From the IMG/VR virus record IMGVR_UViG_2529292919_000024: a DNA stretch of 36,266 nt. One strand, 5' to 3'. Below the pieces are notes generated by a model that saw only the letters and a list, made by a program, of their open reading frames with translations, was not told the DNA's origin and did no database searches. The position numbers and the translations under genes are program-made. Origin of the DNA: a virus. Its lineage: Duplodnaviria; Heunggongvirae; Uroviricota; Caudoviricetes. Below, one piece after another: positions 28,293 to 36,266 of the stretch (within the stretch, counting starts at the first letter, position 1; every line of letters begins with the position of its first letter).

Positions 28293-28709
28293 ATGAAAAT
28301 TGATTATGACGAGATAGCCAGAATATTTGATGTTTTTCTGGAGGCCGACACCGCATTCATTCGACTGGAAGATGTCGGCTGGGATCGTTCTCAGCGGCAC
28401 AGCGACAGCCATCAGAAGCTGGTTTTCCATCTTCTGTTGCTGGTTGAAAATGGTTTTATCAGCAACAGATATCTGGAAACAGGCACCGCAAAAAGCATTG
28501 GTCTCACCCCAACAAGCCTCGGATATTCATATTCAGGCACCAGTGTCAGACTCACACAAGATGGTCATGATTTTGCGAAAGCACTACATCAAAAACCAAT
28601 TCTTGAGCGCATAAAACAGGACCTTGCCGACGCCCCGATGACGCTCGTAACAGACGTCGGCAAACAGTGGTTAACCTCGTTTCTTAAAAAGAAACTCGGG
28701 ATTGAATAG
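28293..28709 (+). CDS. Opposite-strand hypothetical protein, DUF2513-like small winged-helix-type protein (candidate moron/accessory gene)
   Basis: 138-aa ORF with a strong RBS (AAGGAATGAGAT then ATG) and protein-like composition. It is the only plus-strand gene between c and the G segment. It diverges from gemA with 30 bp between the starts and overlaps the upstream early gene's 3' end convergently by 39 nt. Confidence 0.65.
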   Translation: MKIDYDEIARIFDVFLEADTAFIRLEDVGWDRSQRHSDSHQKLVFHLLLLVENGFISNRYLETGTAKSIGLTPTSLGYSYSGTSVRLTQDGHDFAKALHQKPILERIKQDLADAPMTLVTDVGKQWLTSFLKKKLGIE

Positions 28710-28982
28710 TTCCCGGTTCATACGTTGCAGCACATCAAGGGCGGCGACAGCCGCCACTTTATCGTTACCATCAGCAATAGTGCGGAGATTTTCAATAATC
28801 CAGTGAGGACTCAGTGACTCAGCAATAATGCCAAACCGGTACGCCATGACTTCATCAATAGCTTTTTCATGAGACGGCTCATATACAAAATTCACAAAGT
28901 CATGCACTTCTTTTTTCGGCAAACCACCGGCAATCAGCAGGGCGGCAAGCTCTTCTGATTTTGAAAATACACCATTATTCAT
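28671..28982 (-). CDS. Hypothetical early protein (Mu gp15-position)
   Basis: 103 aa from the ATG at 28982, which has an AAGGTGAG Shine-Dalgarno sequence. The ORF-track GTG at 28997 is a short extension. Confidence 0.6.
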   Translation of the reverse strand: MNNGVFSKSEELAALLIAGGLPKKEVHDFVNFVYEPSHEKAIDEVMAYRFGIIAESLSPHWIIENLRTIADGNDKVAAVAALDVLQRMNRELFNPEFLFKKRG

Positions 28983-28983
28983 A

Positions 28984-29166
28984 TCACTCACCTTCACAAT
29001 TCATGCACGCCGTGTCATCGCCCATATCGCAGTGGTTGCATTTCTGCCCGCCACAATGAGGGCACTCTTTCAGATATTCAGGGGATTCATTACCGCAGGT
29101 CGGGCATTCCTGTTTCACCGTGGTAAATTTCCCCAGCCACGAATACGATGTTTCATTGTTTTCCAT
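28984..29166 (-). CDS. Small zinc-ribbon protein
   Basis: 60 aa with CPTC...CPHC...CNHC...CMNC, eight Cys in four CxxC pairs. Confidence 0.6.
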   Translation of the reverse strand: MENNETSYSWLGKFTTVKQECPTCGNESPEYLKECPHCGGQKCNHCDMGDDTACMNCEGE

Positions 29167-29683
29167 TGTTTACCTCCGCCTGTTTTTGCGCCCGGATAAA
29201 TTCGTCAGAAAGGATTTCAGTCATGCGGCCCTGTGCGGGAGTCATCCCTGTCATGACGTAAATCACATCACCAACACGGAACCACCGGAGCGGGCCGAAT
29301 ATTGTTGCGCTGAAATCCAGTCCCAGTGCGGGTAAGAGAGCGTCAGTACGGGCATAAGTGACCGGAATATTCTCCTGCCATATTTTCGCCAGCTCTTTTG
29401 ACTGCTCCCGCAGATGTGCAGGAATGCGCGATGTTCTTGGCCTGCAACTGTTACCTGATGCGGAGCGTTGTACAGTCCACAACTCCGGCGAGAAAGGTCG
29501 CTCATTCCCCGGAAAATTCACGCCATGAAAATGACGCCCACCAATACCTGTGCTGAATACTGACCGGCAACCACAACCCAGAACCTTATCAAGATGGCGG
29601 GCTTCTTCGCGTAGTTTCAGGCAGTCCGCCATAAACTGGTCCCATGCCAGCAGTGCTGCGGGATTTGACGTTTTAAAAAACAT
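29153..29683 (-). CDS. Hypothetical early protein (Mu gp13-position)
   Basis: 176 aa from the ATG at 29683, with AGGAGG upstream and a TGATG junction to the preceding gene. Confidence 0.6.
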   Translation of the reverse strand: MFFKTSNPAALLAWDQFMADCLKLREEARHLDKVLGCGCRSVFSTGIGGRHFHGVNFPGNERPFSPELWTVQRSASGNSCRPRTSRIPAHLREQSKELAKIWQENIPVTYARTDALLPALGLDFSATIFGPLRWFRVGDVIYVMTGMTPAQGRMTEILSDEFIRAQKQAEVNNGKQ

Positions 29684-30222
29684 CACGCCACCTCCTGCAC
29701 CGCTGCGGGAGCCGGAGAACAATCAAGAATGAGATAACGCAGTACATGGTCGGTGATATTCCAGGCGCTTGAACTGCAAATAAACCGCCCCAGCCGGATA
29801 TCGATATAAGCCATCACAAAACGGGGCATTCCCTGTTTGCACATCTCGTCATCCACTTCTGCAACGATGTGAACGGACTCACAGGTCAGCACGCCTGTTG
29901 CAAACTCTTTTGCCAGCGCGGGGATAGTATTACCTTCCACCCAGGGTAATGAGCGACGCCAGTTGCACCACACCGCATCATCAACAGCAGGCTGCTCAGT
30001 TGTGTTTCGTCTTACAGGCGGCGTCGGACGCGGGCGCGGAACGTCATAAAATCCGTTGCATTCGGTGAGCACTCCGGCATCAACCGCATCAACCGCATCA
30101 CGCAGGAAATACACCATTGACGAGGGCAGCATATTCATTTTTTCAGCCAGAACCCCGCAGGTCAGGCGTCCGTAAGCCCGTAATAATGTGCTGACACCAT
30201 TCAGAATTTTTGCATCAACCAT
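29683..30222 (-). CDS. Hypothetical early protein (Mu gp12-position)
   Basis: 179-aa ORF downstream of gam. Confidence 0.6.
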   Translation of the reverse strand: MVDAKILNGVSTLLRAYGRLTCGVLAEKMNMLPSSMVYFLRDAVDAVDAGVLTECNGFYDVPRPRPTPPVRRNTTEQPAVDDAVWCNWRRSLPWVEGNTIPALAKEFATGVLTCESVHIVAEVDDEMCKQGMPRFVMAYIDIRLGRFICSSSAWNITDHVLRYLILDCSPAPAAVQEVA

Positions 30223-30320
30223 GTTTTATTCCTCAGTAATCTGTTTCAGGCGCGAGCAATCCCCTGACGCATCGCGCCATAATTAAAAGAATGTGAATTA
30301 ATTAAATATTAATGGTGGTA

Positions 30321-30845
30321 TTAAATACCGGCTTCCTGTTCAAACGGAATAATGGAAAAATCTTCAATTCCCGATTTAACCGTAATTCCGGCAACACCTG
30401 CGACGGCTTTTGGTTCCAGTAAAATCGCCTCCTTGTTGATTTCCTGCTTCGTGCGAATAAAGCGTTGCAGGCCAAGACGCTCCAGCGTTTCCATCACTGC
30501 ATCCATACCACGAATACTTACTGATGGTGGACGGACCCGCCACGATACATCACCGGTGACAAGATTCGCCGTCTTCACTTTGCCGCCGTTCGTCAGTTCG
30601 TCGCGGTTCGCTTCACACCATCCCTGAACGCCTTTTGAAAGGGTTTCAATATCGGTTTTAATCGGTGCAATCCGGGCCGCAAATTTCTCCGTAATTTCCG
30701 CGATGGCATCATTCATTTCCGTTTCCAGACGTGATGCTTCGCGCTGTAAATCCCCGATGCGTTTAATATCGGTAATCACCGCATCGCGGTTTTGTGGCAC
30801 ATAAGCCGCTGCGGCACTCTTGATACGTTTTGCTGGTTTAGCCAT
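30321..30845 (-). CDS. gam: Gam host-nuclease inhibitor (Ku-like DNA end-binding protein)
   Basis: 174 aa, the size of Mu Gam, with a coiled-coil N-terminus; in the early region at the expected distance from B. Confidence 0.88.
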   Translation of the reverse strand: MAKPAKRIKSAAAAYVPQNRDAVITDIKRIGDLQREASRLETEMNDAIAEITEKFAARIAPIKTDIETLSKGVQGWCEANRDELTNGGKVKTANLVTGDVSWRVRPPSVSIRGMDAVMETLERLGLQRFIRTKQEINKEAILLEPKAVAGVAGITVKSGIEDFSIIPFEQEAGI

Positions 30846-30864
30846 AAATTAAAGCTCCTGTTAA

Positions 30865-31164
30865 TTAATATCCGCTGTATACAATGCTGGATACAGCTCG
30901 ATTGCTTAATTCCATCTTTCGGGCAATGACATGAATATCCAGTCCTTCTTTATAAAGTTCACGACATAAATATTTGTCGTGTTCACTGATTCGGTATACA
31001 CACAATGATATTCCGTGCCTTCTGGCATGTGCCCGGAGGGCGGTTGTGGCGACTTTCAGTTTTTCCGCCATTTCTTCAACGGTCATTTTCCCGACGTTGG
31101 CTTCGATAAATTCCCGGTCTTCGCGTGACCAGCGCTTACGATTACACTTCATGTCAGCCACCAT
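30865..31164 (-). CDS. Small HTH-like DNA-binding protein
   Basis: 99-aa ORF with a TGA-ATG junction to the upstream gene and a helix-turn-helix-like segment (MTVEEMAEKLKVATTALRAHARRHG). Confidence 0.55.
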   Translation of the reverse strand: MVADMKCNRKRWSREDREFIEANVGKMTVEEMAEKLKVATTALRAHARRHGISLCVYRISEHDKYLCRELYKEGLDIHVIARKMELSNRAVSSIVYSGY

Positions 31165-31584
31165 TCAGTACAGCAGAGGCTCGCGCAGTGATGCCGGAAT
31201 ATGCAGCAGCGATAACTGAACCGCTTTCAGGGCAAGCGAGGAATAACAGCAGCGCGCCCAGCCTTTTGCCATTAACCGGTAATCGCGCCAGATACGCTGC
31301 CACATTTCACGGGCTTCAGGGTCTGATGCGCAGATGTATTCCCGGTCCATGACGTACTCCCATAAATCCACGTTGAACGCACCGCCAAATGCAATGGCGC
31401 GGGATATGCTTTCGCCGCAATAACGTGCACAGATGCTGTAATGGTCGAAAGCAATCAGGTAAGTCTTTTCACCACAATCATCAACTTTCCGGGCGCAAAT
31501 AAACTCGCGTAATTCACCACCGTTGTTATTGCGTTCCTGAATTCGGATTAATGCCTGAATTTCATTTCGGGTCTTGACGTTCAT
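31165..31584 (-). CDS. Hypothetical early protein, Cys-containing
   Basis: 139-aa ORF in the early operon. Confidence 0.55.
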   Translation of the reverse strand: MNVKTRNEIQALIRIQERNNNGGELREFICARKVDDCGEKTYLIAFDHYSICARYCGESISRAIAFGGAFNVDLWEYVMDREYICASDPEAREMWQRIWRDYRLMAKGWARCCYSSLALKAVQLSLLHIPASLREPLLY

Positions 31585-31652
31585 TGTCAGCGTTCCTTTG
31601 CGAATTAATGTCTGGCTGTATTCGGGTTATAGCTGAATAATTTCCCCTCAGC

Positions 31653-31874
31653 TTACAGCCCAAGCTCCCTGGCTGATTTCAACAACTCCTCGGTCGCTTT
31701 TTTAATGATTTCAGGAGCCATGCTCTTGATGATGCCTGCCATTACATCATGTGGCCCGGTCTGGTCCTCAGGTGAGGATTCTTCCAGTCGCACATTCATA
31801 TTTACGGCAAAACCTCCATTTTCCTGAAACTCAATATTTCTTGTATTGTTAAATTCAAAGATTACTTTTGCCAT
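31653..31874 (-). CDS. Hypothetical early protein
   Basis: 73-aa acidic ORF. Confidence 0.5.
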   Translation of the reverse strand: MAKVIFEFNNTRNIEFQENGGFAVNMNVRLEESSPEDQTGPHDVMAGIIKSMAPEIIKKATEELLKSARELGL

Positions 31875-31885
31875 TTTGTTTCACC

Positions 31886-32140
31886 TTATTGATTCTGAAT
31901 AACTGCGCTGGCTTTTACCTTCGCGCCTTTTACCTGCTTAAAGAAAACTGCGCTGCACCACGGACAACATGTCAGGGAATCCCGAATTTCCTTTTCGGGT
32001 GAGCATTGCGTCATAATCTGTTCACCGCATCCGGGGCATTTATATGTCGTCAGCGGCACCCCGTGGCACTGACAGTGTTTAACCCATTCAATATATTTTT
32101 CAGCTTTAATACACATCGTTATCTCCAGATAATCTGGCAA
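31886..32140 (-). CDS. Small Cys-rich (zinc-binding) early protein
   Basis: 84 aa with HCQCH...CPGC...CCPWC. Confidence 0.55.
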
Positions 32141-32346
32141 CCATTAAGACGGGCCGTCCATACAGAACGGGCCACCCCGGACTTATGCTCCATAATTCTG
32201 ACCGCGTTTTTTACCAGTTCCACCGGTGGGTAAGTGATTTCAAGAATCGGACGCGCCACGCCGAGATATGATTCATTTACATGACTCCCGCGCGCCTGTA
32301 ACCAATTCTGCGCATCCGTTGCCATTTTTATATTTCGGGCCATCAT
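32119..32346 (-). CDS. kil: Kil-position small protein (host killing / cell-division inhibition in Mu)
   Basis: 75-aa ORF immediately after B, the position and size of Mu kil. The identity rests on synteny only. Confidence 0.5.
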
Positions 32347-32361
32347 AATTTCTTCTCCTTC

Positions 32362-33300
32362 TTAATTACGCAGCAGCGTTGAAATATCAACGTCCAGGTC
32401 TAATTCACGGAAAGCCTGACGCAGATAATCTTCGTTAACACGCTCACCTTTACCGTGAGCCGTCATGGCGGCAAGGCGAAGTGAATGATTCAGAATACGA
32501 AGCGCACCTGGTTTCTGCGCAATCTGCTGTAATAACTCCAGTTCTTTTTCGCCGTTAATCTGCCAGGCATCCGCAATAGCTTTTACATCGGCTTTTTTGG
32601 TTTTATTAATTGCAGTGCGCTTTGCAATACGGGAAAACAGACGGGCAAATTCAACCGTTCTGTTACCCCCCGTCATATTTGAATAAACCCGGTGATTTCC
32701 CATCAGCACAAGGCCAATACGGGTTGATTCCTGTAACAGGCGGAGTTCTTCCAGAACTTCGGCACCAAGATGATCAGCTTCGTCGATGATAACCAGCCCC
32801 TGTGTACCTTCAAGGCGACGTCGCAGGGCGCGGGAGAGCGGCCCTTTACGGCGTGGTGCGTCATTCATTCCCAGCTCAAACGCCAGTTCAGTAAGACATT
32901 CCAGAACGCTGGCACAGGATGGCGTAATGGTGATCATCCAGACATTGTTATTGGTGCGGCGATATTCACGGGCCGCTTCGGTTTTGCCCACACCAGGATT
33001 GCCACATACAACAGCAATACTTTCAGTCAGGCTGGCAAAACGCATACTTGTCCAGATTTGTTTTACCGTCTGCGTTTCCACAAAGCGGGGCGGTTCAGGT
33101 AGTTCTGCAACTGCATGATATTTTTCCAGCCAGCGTTGCAGAATTTGTGAAACACGCTCGTTATCCCCGTTGTACTTATCATTGATAAAACTACTGATAG
33201 TTCCGGTAGAAAGTCCGCTCTCAAGAGCAATTTGTTTAAAGGTGGTTTCTTCATTTTCTACAAGCGTGCGCAGTCCTGCGCGAATATCGGAAATATTCAT
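32362..33300 (-). CDS. B: Transposition target-capture ATPase B
   Basis: 312 aa with an N-terminal HTH and a Walker A motif (GNPGVGKT); directly after A. Confidence 0.93.
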   Translation of the reverse strand: MNISDIRAGLRTLVENEETTFKQIALESGLSTGTISSFINDKYNGDNERVSQILQRWLEKYHAVAELPEPPRFVETQTVKQIWTSMRFASLTESIAVVCGNPGVGKTEAAREYRRTNNNVWMITITPSCASVLECLTELAFELGMNDAPRRKGPLSRALRRRLEGTQGLVIIDEADHLGAEVLEELRLLQESTRIGLVLMGNHRVYSNMTGGNRTVEFARLFSRIAKRTAINKTKKADVKAIADAWQINGEKELELLQQIAQKPGALRILNHSLRLAAMTAHGKGERVNEDYLRQAFRELDLDVDISTLLRN

Positions 33301-33338
33301 CTGAATAACCTCGTAATTAAATTTTGTTTAAACGTTAA

Positions 33339-35327
33339 TTAAATGGCTTTTTTACGTCTGTTCTGTTCCAGAATATCCAGCGAATGATTCAGATATTCAT
33401 CACGCTCAGTTTCGTATTCATCATCACGCTCCTGATTCTTCACCCGTTCCGTATTACCGGAAGGCCGGAAAATACCAACAATTCGTGATTCTGGTGCTGC
33501 TGGTTCGGCTATCTGCGGCAGCAGTTCAGCAACTTCCAGCGCGTCCATTTGTTTCTGCGCCTTAATGGCTGCTTTAGTTGCAGATTTCAGTTGTTTCTGG
33601 CGGCGGCGATATTCACGGCCTGCCGCAGCATCATTAAATGCAACAGGTGCCAGACATTCCGCTTCACAGATAAACCGACCGTCCAGGGTGTAACAATAAA
33701 CCGTGCTGTGTAGCTGCTGCGGATCAAACCTGACCACAACTTTTTTCACGCCGGCATTCATTAATGCCATGTTGTAATAAACGTTTTTCGCGCCTTTAAG
33801 GGAGCCGCCAACTTTAAGCGTAAACTCGCCTTTGCGTGAAACGTTCACCGCCTCGGCAGGCAGTAACAGCATCCGTTTTTGTTCTTCGGTTGGCTTACGC
33901 ACAATCGTTCTGGCGTATTCACGCTCGAAAACATCATCAAACGAGAGTTTGCCCCCGCACATTTCTGTTTCACGGCCTGTTCTGGCATTGAACATCGCCA
34001 CACCTTCGGCAAGGGTTTTCAGAAACAGCTCTGCATCAACAGCGCGGTTGCCATAGTTATCAGGTTTTGCCTGCGGATTTGGCCCCGTATATGCGCCAGC
34101 CAGTGCCGGATGCTTATCAACGTATTCCTCAAGCCCACCAACACCGAAAGCACGTTCAACAGGTTTTGCCTGGCCCCAGCCTTTACCGGCAACAACGCTT
34201 GTCCAGTGCATTTTCGCACCCATCAGTAAAAACAATCCCTTTGGATCGTCTTCTTTCACCTTAAAGCGGTAGCGATTGGGCGCGCCTCCCGTCAGCCATT
34301 TATTCGCAGCACCACGGGTGTTATCAATGGTGATGTGAAAATCCTCCGGGATACCGTAGCGAGTCACAACATCCATGAACGAGAGGCGAATTGAATCAAT
34401 GTTCTCGCTCACATCGCAGCGCCAGCCCAGAATTTTTCGGGTTTTCACATCCTGCCAGAACCATGTTTTCGGGCGGATCACATCACCGTTAAACCAGCGT
34501 ACAAAGACGTTATGCAGATAACCGTCGCCGTTGATCCACTGCAAGGCGTCCAGGTGTTCCACAGTTCGCTGCTGTGCCGGTATCAGATGCATCAGTGCAT
34601 GTTCACCTTCACGACAGGCAACAACCATTGCCTCGTCCAGTTGCTGAATCCGGCGAAAGGCCGTGGCACGGGAGGGAATACTCCAGCCATGCTCGCGGGC
34701 TGCCAGTTCCAGACGCTCATAACATTTGCGGAAGGCGGGTTTTTCCGGTCGCAGATAATCTGCAATCAGAAACTGCCAGGCATCCTCGTCAAATTCACTT
34801 TTGTGAACATTGCGACGGGATGCACCACGTCCATCAACAAGTGCAGCCGCCCAGTCAGGCTTCGCAAACTTCTGTACCTGGTAATACTTGTCCCGCAAAG
34901 TGGATGCGCTGATCTGGTAATGCCCTGCAACGGTCGCAAAAGCCGTTTTCGTTGAAATCCCCTGGTTCAGCATTTCGTCTGCAGCCTGAACCGCAGGCAA
35001 CCATTTTTCAGCAAGTCTGCGCTGGGAATCGCTGGCTTTATCCCATTTGCTCCACAGCACCTCACGATCATAATCATGGGCTTCCAGCGTGGGGCGGGCG
35101 ATTTCAAAACGGCCCAGGCTTGTTTCAATTCTCCCTTGTTGCAACAGAATTTCAGCACGTAATGCGACAGGGAATGATTTGATATTGAATTCAAATGATA
35201 CACCTTTAGTCCCTGCAACCTGCCTGAACTCCCAGCCTTCTCTTTGTGCCTTACGTGTAATGTTAGTGGCTTGCTTTGGTAAACCTGCCAAACCGAGCAA
35301 CTCTTTTGCTGTATACCATTCTTTCAT
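33339..35327 (-). CDS. A: DDE transposase A
   Basis: 662 aa. From about residue 60 it matches MuA as recalled ([15 protein letters not shown]...) and ends ...NRRKKAI. The N-terminal roughly 60 aa differ from Mu, as described for D108. Confidence 0.95.
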
Positions 35328-35334
35328 AGCGCAC

Positions 35335-35556
35335 CTAGTATCGAGACGGCCAAATATCTTGCGGTGTCATTCCCAGTGCATCTGCAATGATTTTCTCCGC
35401 TTTCGGATATCTCTTATCCAAAGCATTTTTTAATGTTGAAGACGAAAGATGATTAGATCTTCCCAATTCAGCTAGTGACATATTGCGTTTTCGTAGCTCT
35501 GCAACGATGTCAGCTCTGTGCCAATCTTGGCGGTTAGTTCTTTTATTCATATGCAT
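35335..35556 (-). CDS. ner: Ner early-region repressor (Cro-like)
   Basis: 73-aa HTH protein, the size of D108 Ner (Mu Ner is 75 aa), directly upstream of A. Confidence 0.88.
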
Positions 35557-35741
35557 TTCATGTAATCCTTTCAGATTCCCCCGTGAGCTACGCTATAAAG
35601 TAGCTCACGGCATATCGTGCAATGTAGTGTGGAATCACTTTCAAATCAATAGTGATTTGAAAGGATTTGCCATGATTTCATATAACAGCATGATTTTTAT
35701 ATGAATTTATTTTGTCTCTATTGAAATCACTAGGATTTTAA
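35557..35741. promoter_or_regulatory. Immunity/operator region between ner and c (divergent Pe and Pc, Ner and repressor operators)
   Basis: A perfect 11-bp inverted repeat CCGTGAGCTAC with an 8-bp AT spacer lies at 35581..35610. A second dyad, CTTTCAAATCA-ATAG-TGATTTGAAAG, lies at 35638..35663. There are also AT-rich -10/-35-like hexamers on both strands. Confidence 0.7.
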
Positions 35742-36266
35742 ATGATGTCTTTTGAAATCAAAGAATGGTTTAATGCGAAAGAGCTGGAAGGGATGCCTGG
35801 TGTACCAAAGTTGGCGACTAACATTACCAGGAAAGCTGTGGCGGAAGATTGGGTAAAACGTCAGCGTCACGGTGGGAAAGGTGTCGCTTATGAGTATCAC
35901 ATCAACAGTCTGCCAGAAGAAACACGCAGGGCCATTAAAGGAGCCTCACTTTCTGATAAACCAGTGCATACATCAATCGCCCATACAGTTGATGAGAGGC
36001 TAATTTATGCAATGAGCTTCTTAACACCAGATGAGCAGGCCGCAGCTGTGGAGATCATTCGTGTGGCAGGGATTAAAGGACTTATGCCTACAATTGTCAG
36101 TAAAGATAAGGCATTAGAGGCATTAGGGATTACTGTGGAGCAACAGAAAACCCTGCAAACTCTTCAGGCATTACCACCGGAAAAAGTGAGAGAGATTTTG
36201 TCTCAGTATGAAGGCAAAGAACATAATTTCCCTGTAAGAGAAAACGATGTAAAGAAAGCTGTATAA
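35742..36266 (+). CDS. c: Lysogeny repressor c (D108-type)
   Basis: 174-aa ORF divergent from ner. Its N-terminal DNA-binding domain is homologous to the transposase N-terminus (compare [18 protein letters not shown] with [18 protein letters not shown]). Ends ...KKAV. Confidence 0.85.
   Translation: MMSFEIKEWFNAKELEGMPGVPKLATNITRKAVAEDWVKRQRHGGKGVAYEYHINSLPEETRRAIKGASLSDKPVHTSIAHTVDERLIYAMSFLTPDEQAAAVEIIRVAGIKGLMPTIVSKDKALEALGITVEQQKTLQTLQALPPEKVREILSQYEGKEHNFPVRENDVKKAV

Noticed and set aside
27711-28430. 239-aa extended version of gemA from the ORF track
   Set aside because: The N-terminal 56-codon extension has no RBS and implausible composition, and would overlap the plus-strand ORF start. 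The ATG at 28262 gives the expected size of about 183 aa.
1-36266. Search for CRISPR arrays, tRNA/rRNA genes, IS elements or integrase
   Set aside because: No spacer-repeat periodicity, no tRNA-like cloverleaf candidates and no tyrosine integrase were seen. Mobility is by the DDE transposase A plus B, and the ends lie outside the window.

Overview
The window is essentially one nearly complete Mu-like transposable phage genome of the D108 immunity type, lying in reverse orientation: the minus strand reads phage left-to-right, and the window runs exactly from the mom stop codon (position 1) to the repressor stop codon (36266), so the att ends are not included. All calls rest on my own reading of the six-frame ORFs and the raw sequence, on synteny and on recalled Mu/D108 protein sequences; no database search was run. 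Note that the ORF track treats GTG as a start (gin, lys and several others begin on GTG). Gene order on the minus strand from high to low coordinates is: c (plus strand), ner, A, B, a kil-like ORF and about 12 small early ORFs including gam, gemA and mor, a three-ORF middle operon ending in C, the lysis cassette, D-E-H-F-G, I-T, J-K-L-M-Y, tape measure, baseplate genes, tail fibre S-U, the invertible G segment, gin, com and mom. The points most worth a second look are: (1) a 138-aa plus-strand ORF (28293..28709) with a strong ribosome-binding site, inserted antisense between gemA and the upstream early gene; (2) an apparent 1-nt frameshift in an A5 run that separates the endolysin start codon and its SAR-like segment from the lysozyme domain; (3) the 144-nt gap between the tail chaperone gene and the tape-measure gene, which has an open +1 frame and could equally hold a late promoter; (4) the mom/com regulatory architecture and the G-segment gix repeats, one of which carries a mismatch next to the crossover core. 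No tRNA, rRNA, CRISPR array or IS element was seen.
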